Part shown: positions 48,364 through 59,600 of the stretch, one piece after another
Numbering within the stretch: position 1 is the stretch's first letter
How the letters are laid out: every line of letters begins with the position of its first letter
Assembly (NCBI GenBank): GCA_964583675.1
Contig: CAZOVH010000001.1
Coordinates: forward strand, 81,754-145,753
DNA from: an uncultured Candidatus Saccharibacteria bacterium
GTDB lineage: Bacteria; Patescibacteriota; Saccharimonadia; CAILAD01; GCA-016700035
Length of the DNA: 64,000 bases
Direction: 5' to 3'
Position numbers and translations under genes: made by a program
The notes under the pieces: model-generated
Databases searched by the model: none
The model's input: only the letters and a program-made list of their open reading frames with translations
Told to the model about the DNA's origin: nothing

Positions 48364-48924
48364 TTAACGGAACTGGGCACTTACAAAGCTTATGATGGCC
48401 GTCCCGAGCAGTGCAACGCCCACGCCAATGACTGCGTAGAGAATCGCATCTTTTGCTGTCTTCGTCTTACCAGGATCACCAGCAGATGTTACGTACAGGA
48501 TTCCGGAAACGATAATCATAATCACCGAAGCCGCGCCAATCACCCACAAGAATAGCTGAATGCCAGAATTAACCACGCTTTGAACATTTGTAGCACCCGC
48601 AACAACCGGCAAGAAGAAATCAACAACTGCACGCGCAATTATCGCAATCACAAAACCAATTACGGTATAAATAATTGACTGAATTGCCAGCTTAGTTCGG
48701 TCAGGACGTCCGGCAGAAATTACAAACATAAAACCCGAGTACACAATCATTACTACGCCAACTACACCAACTACCCAAAGTAGGAAAGTAAAAAGATTAT
48801 TTACCAGCTGGGGAAGTGTGGCTGGACCACTGGCAAACTGAGTCGGTTTATACGTTGGCAAAGGCAAATTCGTCGCCTCTGCCGCGACATACAGCTTAAT
48901 CCCTAGTTCCTGAAAAACATTCAT
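48364..48924 (-). CDS. tandem double-domain VirB2-like pilin (186 aa)
   Basis: Two consecutive pilin-like units (RTKLAIQSIIYTVIGFVIAII... and KTKTAKDAILYAVIGVGVALLGTAIISFV). Confidence 0.55.
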   Translation of the reverse strand: MNVFQELGIKLYVAAEATNLPLPTYKPTQFASGPATLPQLVNNLFTFLLWVVGVVGVVMIVYSGFMFVISAGRPDRTKLAIQSIIYTVIGFVIAIIARAVVDFFLPVVAGATNVQSVVNSGIQLFLWVIGAASVIMIIVSGILYVTSAGDPGKTKTAKDAILYAVIGVGVALLGTAIISFVSAQFR

Positions 48925-48929
48925 GCCAT

Positions 48930-49790
48930 TTATCCCGTTATTACTCTGCCAATTAAACTAAATATCAGACTAACAGAAGCAACTCCAAGTAAGCCGATTA
49001 CCGCATACGTAATGATCTTACGGGCGGACTGAATAGATTGTGGGTTTCCAGCAGCGGTCATCATTCTTATACCACCAACAATTATCATCGTTACAGCCAG
49101 CGCGCCACCTATAAATTGTATGTACTGCCAAGCTGCCGCAATCAACTCAAGGATGGTGTTTTGATCAAAGTTATTGAGATCTACCCCTAAAAAGCGTCCT
49201 CCGCCAGTCACACCAATAAGATCGAGCGTTACGCGGGCTGCAAAGAAGAGCGCAATGCTCGAAGCGGCCAACGTAATACGTTTCTTGCCAGCCTTAAGTG
49301 CTTCTGGCGATGCACCACCGGTAATAACCTGCACCATGCCAAGCCCAATCATAATCGCAAAGACAATTACGCCAATATTCAAAATATAGTTTGTGAGATT
49401 TTCTACTATTGACTGAATCGCAGTCTGGTCATTGCCTCCAGTACACAGAGTAGACACAAAGCCACTACTAATAATTTGCCCATCAGCCTTAATGTCGTTA
49501 CACGTACCCTTAACAGACTGTGGGTTGTTGAGTCGCTCATTTTCGGCATTCGTACTTGTGCCATTACCAACTGGCTCGCTCCGAGCTGGACCTTTCGTTC
49601 CTGGAGGGAGATTCTCAGAACATACCAGCGCACCATCAGCGCCTTCTTTATATGTTCCGGCGGCTCCACCCGTCAAAGTACAGGGCTGTCCAGCTAGCTT
49701 TGCAGGGTCGGCATATGCCACTGGCGCAGTATATATATGTAGGGCGAGAAGGAGAGTGGCTGGCAATAAGTACGCAAGGCGGCTTTTCAT
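48930..49790 (-). CDS. secreted Cys-containing domain fused to two VirB2-like pilin units (286 aa)
   Basis: Signal peptide, an extracellular domain of about 120 aa with 4 Cys, then two pilin-like TM hairpin units (KKRITLAASSIALFF..., ARKIITYAVIGLLGVASVSLIF). Confidence 0.5.
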   Translation of the reverse strand: MKSRLAYLLPATLLLALHIYTAPVAYADPAKLAGQPCTLTGGAAGTYKEGADGALVCSENLPPGTKGPARSEPVGNGTSTNAENERLNNPQSVKGTCNDIKADGQIISSGFVSTLCTGGNDQTAIQSIVENLTNYILNIGVIVFAIMIGLGMVQVITGGASPEALKAGKKRITLAASSIALFFAARVTLDLIGVTGGGRFLGVDLNNFDQNTILELIAAAWQYIQFIGGALAVTMIIVGGIRMMTAAGNPQSIQSARKIITYAVIGLLGVASVSLIFSLIGRVITG

Positions 49791-49832
49791 GTCCCTTATT
49801 ATAAGCGGGTTTGGTATAATTTCGGTAGGGTA

Positions 49833-52800
49833 ATGAATATTCTTTCCAAAAAACTGAATATATTTCAGCAGGGGGCGCTGTTTGGCGCTGTTTTTTTCCT
49901 TTTATTTTTAGTTTCTATTTTAGTTGCGCCATCAGCGAAAGCAGGACCAAATAGCCCTACTGAATATGAAGGGTCTGATTCTACTCAATGCCAGTGGGTG
50001 GCCGACTCAAAAATTGTCTGCGGTACAGGGGAGTGGTGGTTTGATATTAATCAATCAGTATCTCTTGGCTATCCGGTATATAAAAGTTCTGACACCTCTA
50101 ATTCGTACATAGTTTTTGATAGCAATGGTGAAAATGGTGAGCTCACAAAAGACCCTGCTCAAAAAACAAACGGGACTGATGCATTTTTAGGAGAAAAACA
50201 GGTACGTAATAATCGCCTGTGGGCAAATGACGACAACTCTAGCGACCCAGTTGATAACGGCATGAGTGCACCACCTAACGGTGAGCATTATTATTGTGGC
50301 CTAAAATCCAAGACTGAAGAGGAATGCTTCGATGGGAGGGGCGGCTCACTTATAAAAGTCACTCAAGATCAGGGCGATAAAATTACGGCCATGCGCGATC
50401 AAATAGAAGAAACAATAGGTTCAGAAGAAGATTGCACAGAAGATGCAGGCTCATTAGGTTTTGTACTGTGTCCAATACTGAGCACCACACGCAATGCGGT
50501 TGGTGCACTCATTGGAGACGGAACGGGTAAAGGGTTTCTAGTCGAACTACTTACTATAAGACCCTTAAGCTCCACGAATACGCCAGAGCTCTACAATGGG
50601 TGGCAGGCTGTAAGAAATATTGCATTAGGCCTATACATTTTAGTCTTTGTATTAATTATTTTTGGTAACGGTATTGGCTATGACCCCTACACGATTAAGA
50701 GAGCGCTGCCTCGACTGGCAGCCGGCGTTGTTTTAACATTTGCCTCTTGGTGGATCATGCAAACACTTGTAGATCTATCAAACCTTGTAGGCAATGTTAT
50801 CCCCGCATTTGTGGCACAGATTTCAGGTAATGCCGGAATTGCAGACTACGCAATCGACCTAAACCCTGCCCTTGCCTTGAGCTCCGTAATCCTCCTAATT
50901 GTGGTTGCTTTTATCGCCCTTGGAGCCTTGCTAGTTGGTCTTGCCGGTTTAATTATGCGCATCGTGATTATTTATGCTCTCGTACTTTTAGCCCCTGTCG
51001 CGTTTATTGCCTGGGTACTCCCAAACACAGAAGGCCTCTTTAAGAAGTGGTGGAAAAACCTTATTAAGGTACTCATGATGTTCCCGATAGTTACAGGCAT
51101 GCTCTCTCTTTCATTGTTCTTCCAGACCATCCTACTCAATACGCAAACAGACGCTGCTGGCAACAGTAATGGATTAGGAGGGTCAGCCTCCAACTCGGTA
51201 ACCGGTATTGTTGGTATGCTTGCACCACTCATAGCAATTATCATGATCCCTAAAACCTTTAAATGGGGCGGTGAAGCCTTTGCTGCAGCAGCTGGATATA
51301 TGGCAGGAAAGGCAAGTGGAGTTGCAGGTAAAATATCTGATGCACCCAAAACAATCGGAGGCAAAGCTGCAGGTAGTGCAAAAGAACGTATGCTCGCAAG
51401 CGACAAAACTGCTGCCCTCACTGGCGCAATGGCCTCTAGTCGATTGGGTCGACTTGCGGGCGGTAAAGCCGCCATGAGATCAAGTGGTAGAGCAAGAAGC
51501 AGGGTTATTGGCGAGGCAGAAAGCCTAACAAAGAATATGACAAACGACCAGCTTGAAAAGATCGCTAAAACCGGCACACAAGAAGAGAGAATTGCCGCAA
51601 TTGGCCAGCTCGCAAAACGCAAGGATAGAGGTAAGCTCGCCTCCTTATCGCAGGCAGGCGGTAAAACTGCAAGAGCTTATGACGAAGCTAGTAGTAGGCA
51701 TGCTGGTGAGTTTGGAGGCAATGCTGACCTGCGCCGCATCGGCGGTAAATTCACGAACGTTGGAGACATGTCTACCGAAGATGCGGCCGGAATGAATGCA
51801 GACGGTTTCGCCGCAGGACTCGCAACAGGTGCAATATCTCACGCCACTGCGCAAGCAATCTACAATAATGACCGTACCCGAGCATCTCTTTCGCCTCAAA
51901 AACTACATGACCTTACAACATATTTATCATCTGGAGGAACAACCGACAAGGATGGAAATAGAATTACAGTACAAGGCAGAAACTCTCGCGTTGCCGATGC
52001 AAAAATAGAAGCAACCACTCCTAGTTACAATGCAGAAGGCAAGCATGTCGGCCAGAGAGTTACGTTTAAGGGTGATTCTGAATTACAAAATGCCCTCAAT
52101 GTAGCTGGATCAAATCGAGGCGTAACCACCACATCTGCTAGTGGTACTCCTCAGCCCACAGCAACTACCGCTCCAGCACGTCCAGCTCCACCACCACCTC
52201 CACCATCAGGAGGAACTCCAACTTATACTACCCCTGCGGGCGCACCAACCTACACAACAACGGGTACGCCAGTTCCACCACCACCAAGTGGCAATGTGCC
52301 AGTTTGGAGCAATCCAACTGCACCACCACCTCCGCCGCCAAGCGGTAGCACTGGTGGAACACCTCCGCCTTACACAGGCCCAGCTGCGCCATGGCAGCCG
52401 GCTCCCGGTTCGCAAACACCGCCTCCACCACCAAGTGGAGGGGCACCTACCGGCACGAACGGTGGAGGCACAGTCATAAACAATGTCACCAACGAAAATT
52501 CAACGACGAATAACAACTCGACCACCAACAACGTAAAAACCGTTCTCAACAACAACGGCATACCAAGTTCGATTGCGCTTGGTGCAGCCACACAGCTTGG
52601 AAGTGCCAAAAATCGCTTCGGAGCAGGATCAGCCGAACACGACGGCCTAGCCGGCATTGAAAGTAAGCTCAATGATCTGGGTCGTATGATTCAGTCCGGA
52701 TCACTCAGTCAAACTCGATTGCGAGAAAATATCCGTGACATCCACCGCGATATTGATGACCTACCACCAGGTGCACATGACCAACAAGATAACCTACGTG

Positions 52801-52847
52801 GCGTCCTCACAAACATCGAGCGCAATGCCACCGACGACGAGGCGTAA
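49833..52847 (+). CDS. VirB6/TrbL/PrgH-like polytopic T4SS channel protein with long Pro-rich and Asn/Thr-rich C-terminal extension (1004 aa)
   Basis: Signal peptide, an extracellular Cys-containing domain of about 250 aa, at least 6 TM helices (residues about 270-480), then a disordered tail with PPPPPSG repeats. Confidence 0.55.
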   Translation: MNILSKKLNIFQQGALFGAVFFLLFLVSILVAPSAKAGPNSPTEYEGSDSTQCQWVADSKIVCGTGEWWFDINQSVSLGYPVYKSSDTSNSYIVFDSNGENGELTKDPAQKTNGTDAFLGEKQVRNNRLWANDDNSSDPVDNGMSAPPNGEHYYCGLKSKTEEECFDGRGGSLIKVTQDQGDKITAMRDQIEETIGSEEDCTEDAGSLGFVLCPILSTTRNAVGALIGDGTGKGFLVELLTIRPLSSTNTPELYNGWQAVRNIALGLYILVFVLIIFGNGIGYDPYTIKRALPRLAAGVVLTFASWWIMQTLVDLSNLVGNVIPAFVAQISGNAGIADYAIDLNPALALSSVILLIVVAFIALGALLVGLAGLIMRIVIIYALVLLAPVAFIAWVLPNTEGLFKKWWKNLIKVLMMFPIVTGMLSLSLFFQTILLNTQTDAAGNSNGLGGSASNSVTGIVGMLAPLIAIIMIPKTFKWGGEAFAAAAGYMAGKASGVAGKISDAPKTIGGKAAGSAKERMLASDKTAALTGAMASSRLGRLAGGKAAMRSSGRARSRVIGEAESLTKNMTNDQLEKIAKTGTQEERIAAIGQLAKRKDRGKLASLSQAGGKTARAYDEASSRHAGEFGGNADLRRIGGKFTNVGDMSTEDAAGMNADGFAAGLATGAISHATAQAIYNNDRTRASLSPQKLHDLTTYLSSGGTTDKDGNRITVQGRNSRVADAKIEATTPSYNAEGKHVGQRVTFKGDSELQNALNVAGSNRGVTTTSASGTPQPTATTAPARPAPPPPPPSGGTPTYTTPAGAPTYTTTGTPVPPPPSGNVPVWSNPTAPPPPPPSGSTGGTPPPYTGPAAPWQPAPGSQTPPPPPSGGAPTGTNGGGTVINNVTNENSTTNNNSTTNNVKTVLNNNGIPSSIALGAATQLGSAKNRFGAGSAEHDGLAGIESKLNDLGRMIQSGSLSQTRLRENIRDIHRDIDDLPPGAHDQQDNLRGVLTNIERNATDDEA

Positions 52848-52849
52848 TT

Positions 52850-53689
52850 ATGGGGCAATATAAAGTACCTCAAAACGTAGAGAGCGAAGACAGACTCCTA
52901 GGCCCCTTAACGATGAAGCAATTCATCTACGCTATCATTGGGCTCGGGTGGGGATTCCTTATTTGGCGTATTCTTTCACCGGGAGGCACTGCTGCAATCC
53001 CTATCATGCTACTACTCATTGTGCCGGTTTCTGGTTTTATGCTCCTCTTGGCATTCGGTAAAAGGGAGGAGCAGAGTTTTGAGAATTACCTCATCGCCCT
53101 CATTCGTTTTAGTGTTGTACCGCGCAAACGCATTTGGCTAAAAGACGACTTTAAGGGTGAGGTGATTATCGATGCACCGCCGCCGCCAAAGCCCATGGCG
53201 CCAACTAAAGAAGATATCGCCCATGTTCACAGTCGACTTCAGCAGCTCTCGCTAGTTGTAGACACGCGTGGACACGCCAAGACTCCAGATGTTCAGCTGG
53301 CCGACCAAACAAATCGGGCTGCGGAATTTTCTCAACGCGTTTTTACACCGCCAGAACTCCAAAAGCCCATCCTGGAAGGGGGAGTACAAGAACAAGATGA
53401 CGTATTAGCAACAACAGAAGCGTCAGCCGCTCAAGCGCAAAAAGTTGATGAGCTACTACAAAACCAAGAGTACTCGATTCGTGAAGAGGCTATGAAAAAG
53501 ATGACTCAGGCCGTCGAAAATCCCGAATCTCAGGCCGTCGAAACCCCTACACAACCCTCCCAGCCACCAGCTGATAATGCTATACTGAAAAAGGTTATGG
53601 ATGCACCCCACCTAAGTGTGGCCCAGGTAGCCCAAGTGGCTAATCGTGGGCAACTCGCACAAGGCCAGGAAATCCAAATCCAACAATAA
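52850..53689 (+). CDS. PrgI/VirB3-like T4SS membrane protein (279 aa)
   Basis: N-terminus MGQYKVPQNVESEDRLLGPLTMKQFIY plus two TM helices, matching the conserved PrgI-family start (VP.D.E.ED...GP.T.RQ). Confidence 0.5.
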   Translation: MGQYKVPQNVESEDRLLGPLTMKQFIYAIIGLGWGFLIWRILSPGGTAAIPIMLLLIVPVSGFMLLLAFGKREEQSFENYLIALIRFSVVPRKRIWLKDDFKGEVIIDAPPPPKPMAPTKEDIAHVHSRLQQLSLVVDTRGHAKTPDVQLADQTNRAAEFSQRVFTPPELQKPILEGGVQEQDDVLATTEASAAQAQKVDELLQNQEYSIREEAMKKMTQAVENPESQAVETPTQPSQPPADNAILKKVMDAPHLSVAQVAQVANRGQLAQGQEIQIQQ

Positions 53690-53835
53690 AACGTATAAAA
53701 CCAAGACAGAAGACCCTCTAAATAACAAAATCTTTGAAGGTTGCTGTCTTTTTTTGTTATGATGATATATTCGTCACTCACCAGTAATGCAGTGATGAGG
53801 GTGTTCAAAAGTAAAAGAGGGAGAGAGAAGTTCGC

Positions 53836-54753
53836 ATGCCACAGGAGGCTGCCAAAACTCCACAACAAATTGAATATGAAAAGTCGATCACTCCCGCCAA
53901 GGAGCCGAAAGACCAACGTACCAGCACGCAAAACCACCTGATGTTCACCGAAATTAAGGATGGCATCGTCGTAATGCGTGATGGCTCTTTGCGTATGGTC
54001 GTACTTGCGAGTGCACTCAACTTTGACCTCAAAAGCCCCCAAGAACAGGATGCTATCGAGTACGCATACCAAGGCTTCCTTAATGGCTTACACTTTCCAA
54101 TTCAGATTGTTGTACGCTCACGTAAGCTCGAGCTTGACGGCTACCTTGAAAACCTTGAAGTTCTTCAAGCCAACCAAGAAAACCCTCTTCTAGCTGGACT
54201 AATGGAAGATTATATTTACAATATTCGCGGCCTCTTAGAACAAGTAAACATCATGAATAAAGAATTCTATGTTGTTGTACCGTATTATCTGGATGTTACC
54301 TCTAAAAAGAAAGATAATGCCGGCTTTAAACTTGCGAGCTTATTTAAGACCAACACCGATACCATGCAAACCACGGAGATGTTTGAGCAGCGTAAGCGAG
54401 ACTTAATTCAACGTACCAACCTGGTTGCCCAAGGCTTGGCTCAGCTTGGTATTCGAGCAGCTGTTCTCTCCACACAGGAGATTACTGAGCTCTTCTATAC
54501 GGCGTATAACCAAGAAGAAGCTACCAATCAAAATCTTGTAGATATCGAGCAAATGACGACGCCGGTTGTAGAACGTAGTGATGCCGATCCAGAACCATAT
54601 AGCGGCGCAACCTATCATGAGCCAGAGCCTGACGATCTATACTCTGCTGCCACGCAAATACCTCAGCCAGCACCAGCACCAACGCAACAAACTACGCAGC
54701 CACCAGTAGCTCAGCAGCCACCGCAAAATCCACTAATTGGGGGAGGGGTATAA
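53836..54753 (+). CDS. hypothetical T4SS-associated protein (305 aa), translationally coupled to virB4 (TAATG)
   Basis: SD GAGGGAGAGAGAAG. The stop overlaps the virB4 ATG. Gln/Pro-rich C-terminus. Confidence 0.4.
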   Translation: MPQEAAKTPQQIEYEKSITPAKEPKDQRTSTQNHLMFTEIKDGIVVMRDGSLRMVVLASALNFDLKSPQEQDAIEYAYQGFLNGLHFPIQIVVRSRKLELDGYLENLEVLQANQENPLLAGLMEDYIYNIRGLLEQVNIMNKEFYVVVPYYLDVTSKKKDNAGFKLASLFKTNTDTMQTTEMFEQRKRDLIQRTNLVAQGLAQLGIRAAVLSTQEITELFYTAYNQEEATNQNLVDIEQMTTPVVERSDADPEPYSGATYHEPEPDDLYSAATQIPQPAPAPTQQTTQPPVAQQPPQNPLIGGGV

Positions 54754-56660
54754 TGGCGCGCAAACCAAAAGTAGATCCAGCTCAGCAGGCAGCCATCGAC
54801 ATGGCTGCGGCCCAACAGCAAGAAGCTGAACGTGCCTATCGCGAAGGAATCTTAACTCTACGTGACATTATTGCGCCAAGCTCGTTTACTATAGAGAACA
54901 ATTATCTCATTATTGGCACTCGCTATGTGCGCACATTGTTTGTGTACGGCTATCCACGCACCCTATTTACCGGTTGGCTCTCGCCAATTATCAACCTCGA
55001 TGAGGTTATTGATATTTCGCTCAATATCATGCCGGTCGAAAGTCGTGTAGTACTTGAGAACCTCAAGAAAAAAGTAGGTCAACTCGAAGCCTCTGTGCAA
55101 ATTAACGCCGAAAAAGGTAAGATTCGCGATCCAGGACTAGAAGCTGCCATTGGTGACGCCGAAGAACTTCGTGACAAGCTCCAAGTAGGTGAAGAACGCT
55201 TCTTCCGTTTTGGGCTTTACATCACGCTCTACGGAAAGGATATCGAGGAACTCGATCTTATTCAACGCAAAATTGAATCCATCCTCGGAACAAGCCTCGT
55301 CTACACAAAACCAGCTAGCGTTCAGATGGAGCAGGGCTTTAACTCGACGCTCCCAATTGGCACCGATCAGCTTGGCATCTACCGCAACATGAATACCGGC
55401 TCACTCTCAACCAGTTTTCCGTTTACCACCGCCGAACTCTCTCGCAATGAAGGGGTTATGTATGGCTTAAACCGCCACAACAACGGTCTAGTGCTATTTG
55501 ATCGATTTAGCTTAGAAAATGCCAATATGGTTGTATTTGCAAAGTCTGGTTCTGGTAAAAGCTTTACCGTAAAGCTCGAATGCTTACGCTCACTTATGTT
55601 GGGTGCGGAAATTATTATCATCGATCCAGAGAACGAGTACCGCACACTGTGTGACGCAGTAGGCGGGAGCTACATTCACTTGTCGCTCGCCAGCAACACG
55701 CGCATTAACCCGTTTGATATTCCAACCACGGTTGATCCCGAGGAAGCCGACAACGCACTGCGCGCAAACATCATCATGCTGCACGGCTTACTGCGCCTGA
55801 TGTGTGGCAAGCTTGAGCCAGCAGAAGAAGCAGATTTGGATGTTGCGCTTATCAATACGTATGCCCAAAAAGGCATCACCAACGATCCGCTGACACACCG
55901 TAGCCAGCCACCTGTAATGAGCGATTTGTATAACACACTTATCACAATGGGTGGCACCGGCCCAGCAATCGCCGCTCGTCTACGTCGCTACACCGAGGGT
56001 ACGTTCTCTGGAATCTTCTCGCAACAATCAAACGTTCAACTCGACAATAAATTTGTAGTCTTTAATATTCGCGACCTAGAAGATGAACTACGCCCAATTG
56101 GCATGTATATCACCCTCAACTACATTTGGAACCGCGTAAAAACCGACCGACGTAAGCGCATCTTAGCTGTAGACGAAGCTTGGCAGCTCATGAAGCATCC
56201 AGACTCAGCATCGTTTATGTTCTCAATCGCTAAGCGCGCTCGTAAGTATTACCTCGGCCTCACAACCATCTCGCAGGACGTGGAAGACTTCTTAAATGAT
56301 CGCCTGGGACGTGCCGTAGTAAACAACAGCTCTTTGCAAGTTCTCCTAAAACAAGCACCGTCCGCTGCCGATGTTGTTGCCGAAACATTCAAGCTAACGA
56401 GCGAAGAAAAAAACCGCCTTACTCAGTTCCCGGTAGGAGAGGGATTATTCTTTGCTGGTTCTAACCACGTGGTTATTCGCATTTTGGCGAGCCCCATGGA
56501 AGAGCAGCTCATCACCACCAATCCGCAGCAACTCCTTGAGCGACAAATGCGCGACCAAGAAGAAGCTCAATTACAAACCGCAGAACCGGCCCCAGAATTA
56601 CAACAGGCAGTTCCAGAACCACCGGCAACCTACCAGCAGCCAGGAGGGCAGGTTAGCTAA
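54753..56660 (+). CDS. virB4: VirB4/TraE/PrgJ-family T4SS ATPase (635 aa, Gram-positive type)
   Basis: N-terminal APSSFTIENNYLIIGTRYVRTLFVYGYPR, Walker A VVFAKSGSGKSF, Walker B ILAVDEAWQLM. Confidence 0.85.
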   Translation: MARKPKVDPAQQAAIDMAAAQQQEAERAYREGILTLRDIIAPSSFTIENNYLIIGTRYVRTLFVYGYPRTLFTGWLSPIINLDEVIDISLNIMPVESRVVLENLKKKVGQLEASVQINAEKGKIRDPGLEAAIGDAEELRDKLQVGEERFFRFGLYITLYGKDIEELDLIQRKIESILGTSLVYTKPASVQMEQGFNSTLPIGTDQLGIYRNMNTGSLSTSFPFTTAELSRNEGVMYGLNRHNNGLVLFDRFSLENANMVVFAKSGSGKSFTVKLECLRSLMLGAEIIIIDPENEYRTLCDAVGGSYIHLSLASNTRINPFDIPTTVDPEEADNALRANIIMLHGLLRLMCGKLEPAEEADLDVALINTYAQKGITNDPLTHRSQPPVMSDLYNTLITMGGTGPAIAARLRRYTEGTFSGIFSQQSNVQLDNKFVVFNIRDLEDELRPIGMYITLNYIWNRVKTDRRKRILAVDEAWQLMKHPDSASFMFSIAKRARKYYLGLTTISQDVEDFLNDRLGRAVVNNSSLQVLLKQAPSAADVVAETFKLTSEEKNRLTQFPVGEGLFFAGSNHVVIRILASPMEEQLITTNPQQLLERQMRDQEEAQLQTAEPAPELQQAVPEPPATYQQPGGQVS

Positions 56661-59600
56661 TGCTTCGCCTGGAGGGTGACTCACAGGACCCACTTACTAG
56701 CTCTCGACACTACAAGGATATTAAGAGCGCCAGTAAGCAGTCCAACACAGGGCCAGGTTCTATGGCCGACAAGGCTGCCAATGGGCATATAGATAGTCTT
56801 TCTTCAGCAGGCAAGAAAGGTAGTGAAGCCGCTACAAAAGGTGCTTCTAGTGCTAATAGTACGGCGTCGAAAGGTGCTTCCAGTGCCGGCGCCAGTGCTT
56901 CGAAAGAAGCCGGGAAAGCCGCAGCTGATGCAGCAGCTAAGAAATCCATTTCCAAAGCAGTAGGAAAATCACTTGGTAAAGGCCTAAATGTAAAAGGCGA
57001 TATTGATGATGTAAAGAGAACAGCCAAAGAAGATGGTGCTGCTGCGGCTGCGGCTGCGGCAGGCCTTAAAGCCGCCGAAACGGTTGCCTCAAAAGTACCA
57101 ATCGCCTCGCAAGTTGCGACTGCCATCCGCGCGGGACAGGCCGCCCTGGCTAAAGTAGGCATCAACATTAAAGATCAGTACATTATGTACGCACTCTTGT
57201 TGGCTCCAATTCTCGCCCTTGTGCCAGTGATGGTTTTTGCACTCGTTGTCTTCTTCGCCTGGAAAAACCCTCAAGCCATCCTGAAGCTATCATTTACTAA
57301 TTTTAAAACTTTTGTTGGCGCAGCCCAGTCACTCGTAATCGAAAACGGAGGTGCCTCAAAGATGGCTTACGAGGTTGAAGTAGGAGGCAACCGAGCAGTC
57401 GCAGCTCCAGGTGATGTAGCGAAGCCAGAGGAAGGCACATATGAATATAAGTTGGCCCAAATAGACTGGGAAAAGGCAAAATATCAAACCCTCCCACTTG
57501 ATAGTCGCTGCGAGATCAAAACGAAAAAAGTCGTTTCCGTACTTGATGGAAAAGAACGTTCAGTTATCGAATCTGTAGAGCTAAATACAAACCCCGGCAA
57601 AGACCTGCAGGGAGTGGCTAGAGCTAACTGCATTAATAATACATATCCGATTTGGAACACCATGATGCGATCTCAGTTTGTGCGTGATGGCGTGAATAAA
57701 AACCTCAATGTACGCTACGCCTATGCTGAGCCGCAAGATTCAACTACATTGAGCGAACCTTCTGACGAATTCTCAACCACCCTCCGCGACAAAACTCTCA
57801 CCAGAATATGGAATCGTGGCCAAGCTATCAATAAACCCATTCAATCCACACCTGAAGAGGTTACGGCAAATGATGAAGAAGTAAAACGCTTCTTCACTAA
57901 CACCCGAGAAGTTCAAAAGTACGCAAAAGAAACTAATATCGCAAAATATAGCGACGAAGTAATTAGCTGTGCTGATATGTATGTCCCGAAAGGTGATAGC
58001 TACTACCAAAAAGATATAGACAAAATGAATCATGACTTGGCATGTGGCATTAACCCAAAAGATATTCTATTGTATACGACTAGCCCGTCTGAAGACCTCA
58101 TTAATGACTCGGACCCATTAATCGCCATTAAACCAAAGCGAGCAGCACTCAATGTAGTTTGCGATCTCTACTATAATCTTCTCGCCCCAGACAGTGACTA
58201 TGCTCCGGCAGTAGATAAGTACCGACAAAAAGTAAAAGACCGCATCAACTCTGCGGCTGTTGCTGGCTGGCAAGCTATGACATATGCCGATACGCATCAA
58301 AAAAGATTTATAGATCTTAAAGAGCTGGGCGGAGACTTTTATAAAATTTCCGGTATACAAGAAGGTCAAGAATATAACTATGCACTGGATTACCGTAAAA
58401 ATGGAGTTGCACTCGAGCCTGATGCCATCTCCCGCATTGTTGGCTACTACAACAAGCAAGCAGACGCCATTCCAGCCATCCAGCAAGAAAAGCAATATCA
58501 AGATGCATTAAACCTAGTCTTCACATACGTGACGTCAGGCGGCGATGCCTCTCCTTGTGATGCAGCTCGAGATACTGGCGAATTCGATAACACAAATAAT
58601 AATGATCCTCAGAGAAACGCAAAAATTAGCACTTTTTATAGTGATGTGTATCCCGCATTCAAAAAGGCAATCGCTGGAATAGATTTCTACGCCAACCCAT
58701 CACAAAGCAAATCTGTAAGCCAAATTTATAAAGACCTAACCTACGAAGACCTCCGTTTCCGATTAATTCGTATTGAGTCTAATGCTGCCACCGCCGGCAC
58801 CGAAGATGGCCCTCAAAACTTTAATCGTATGAATTTCGGCATGAAAGCCTACACAAACGCTTTTACTCTTTCAATGGGTGGAAACTTTCTCACTCAAAAC
58901 GAAGCTATCAGCCGCGATGAATCAACTCGAGTAGCGAGATACTATGACGATAAAACAAAGGGGATTGCCTGGCGCTTCTTTAACCTGGATAACCCCGGCT
59001 CATTTGCCAGCCGACTCGCTGTAGCCTCGACTGATAAGCCACAAAATATACCTGGCAACATCACAGGTACTTTGGCCTATATTATGAATCCCATCAGGAA
59101 CGCTGCGGGAGAAAATGGCACGCTAACTGCATTCTTAACCGGAGAAAGCCGAGTGGCCTCAGCCAGCTCCGTATATGATTCGGCTAATCTCAAGCTCGAT
59201 CCGGCTGGTATGCCAGAAGCATTTAATCAAATCAACCCAATCGAAAACGCTCGATACATTGAAAGTATAAAGAAGAATGATCCAACTCTTGCCACCGAAC
59301 TTGCTGGCTACGATCAGTGTTTTAAAGAGTTCCTTCCGAGCCGGTTCCATCTACTAAATCCACCTCCAGACAAAGTAGATCTATACAAAAACGTATGTAC
59401 GCCGCTCCTAGACAGTACTGCCACACGAGATCCAAATAGTCTCATCCTCCGCTACCGAGCCTATCACTTTCATATGCTCCAAGCCGATGCACTCGTATAT
59501 TTGTCAGACCCCAATAAGGAAGATCCCAACTTCAGCGCACCAGAGGGCGGAAGTACAACAAACCCTGTCGCAACTACCCCCACCGACGGAACACCAACCA

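Noticed and set aside
53836-56660. Idea that VirB4 is split into two coupled ORFs (305 + 635 aa)
   Set aside because: The 635-aa ORF already has the Gram-positive TraE/PrgJ-type N-terminus (FTIENNYLIIGTRYVRTLFVYGYPR) and full Walker A/B, so it looks complete. The upstream ORF was kept as a separate unknown protein.
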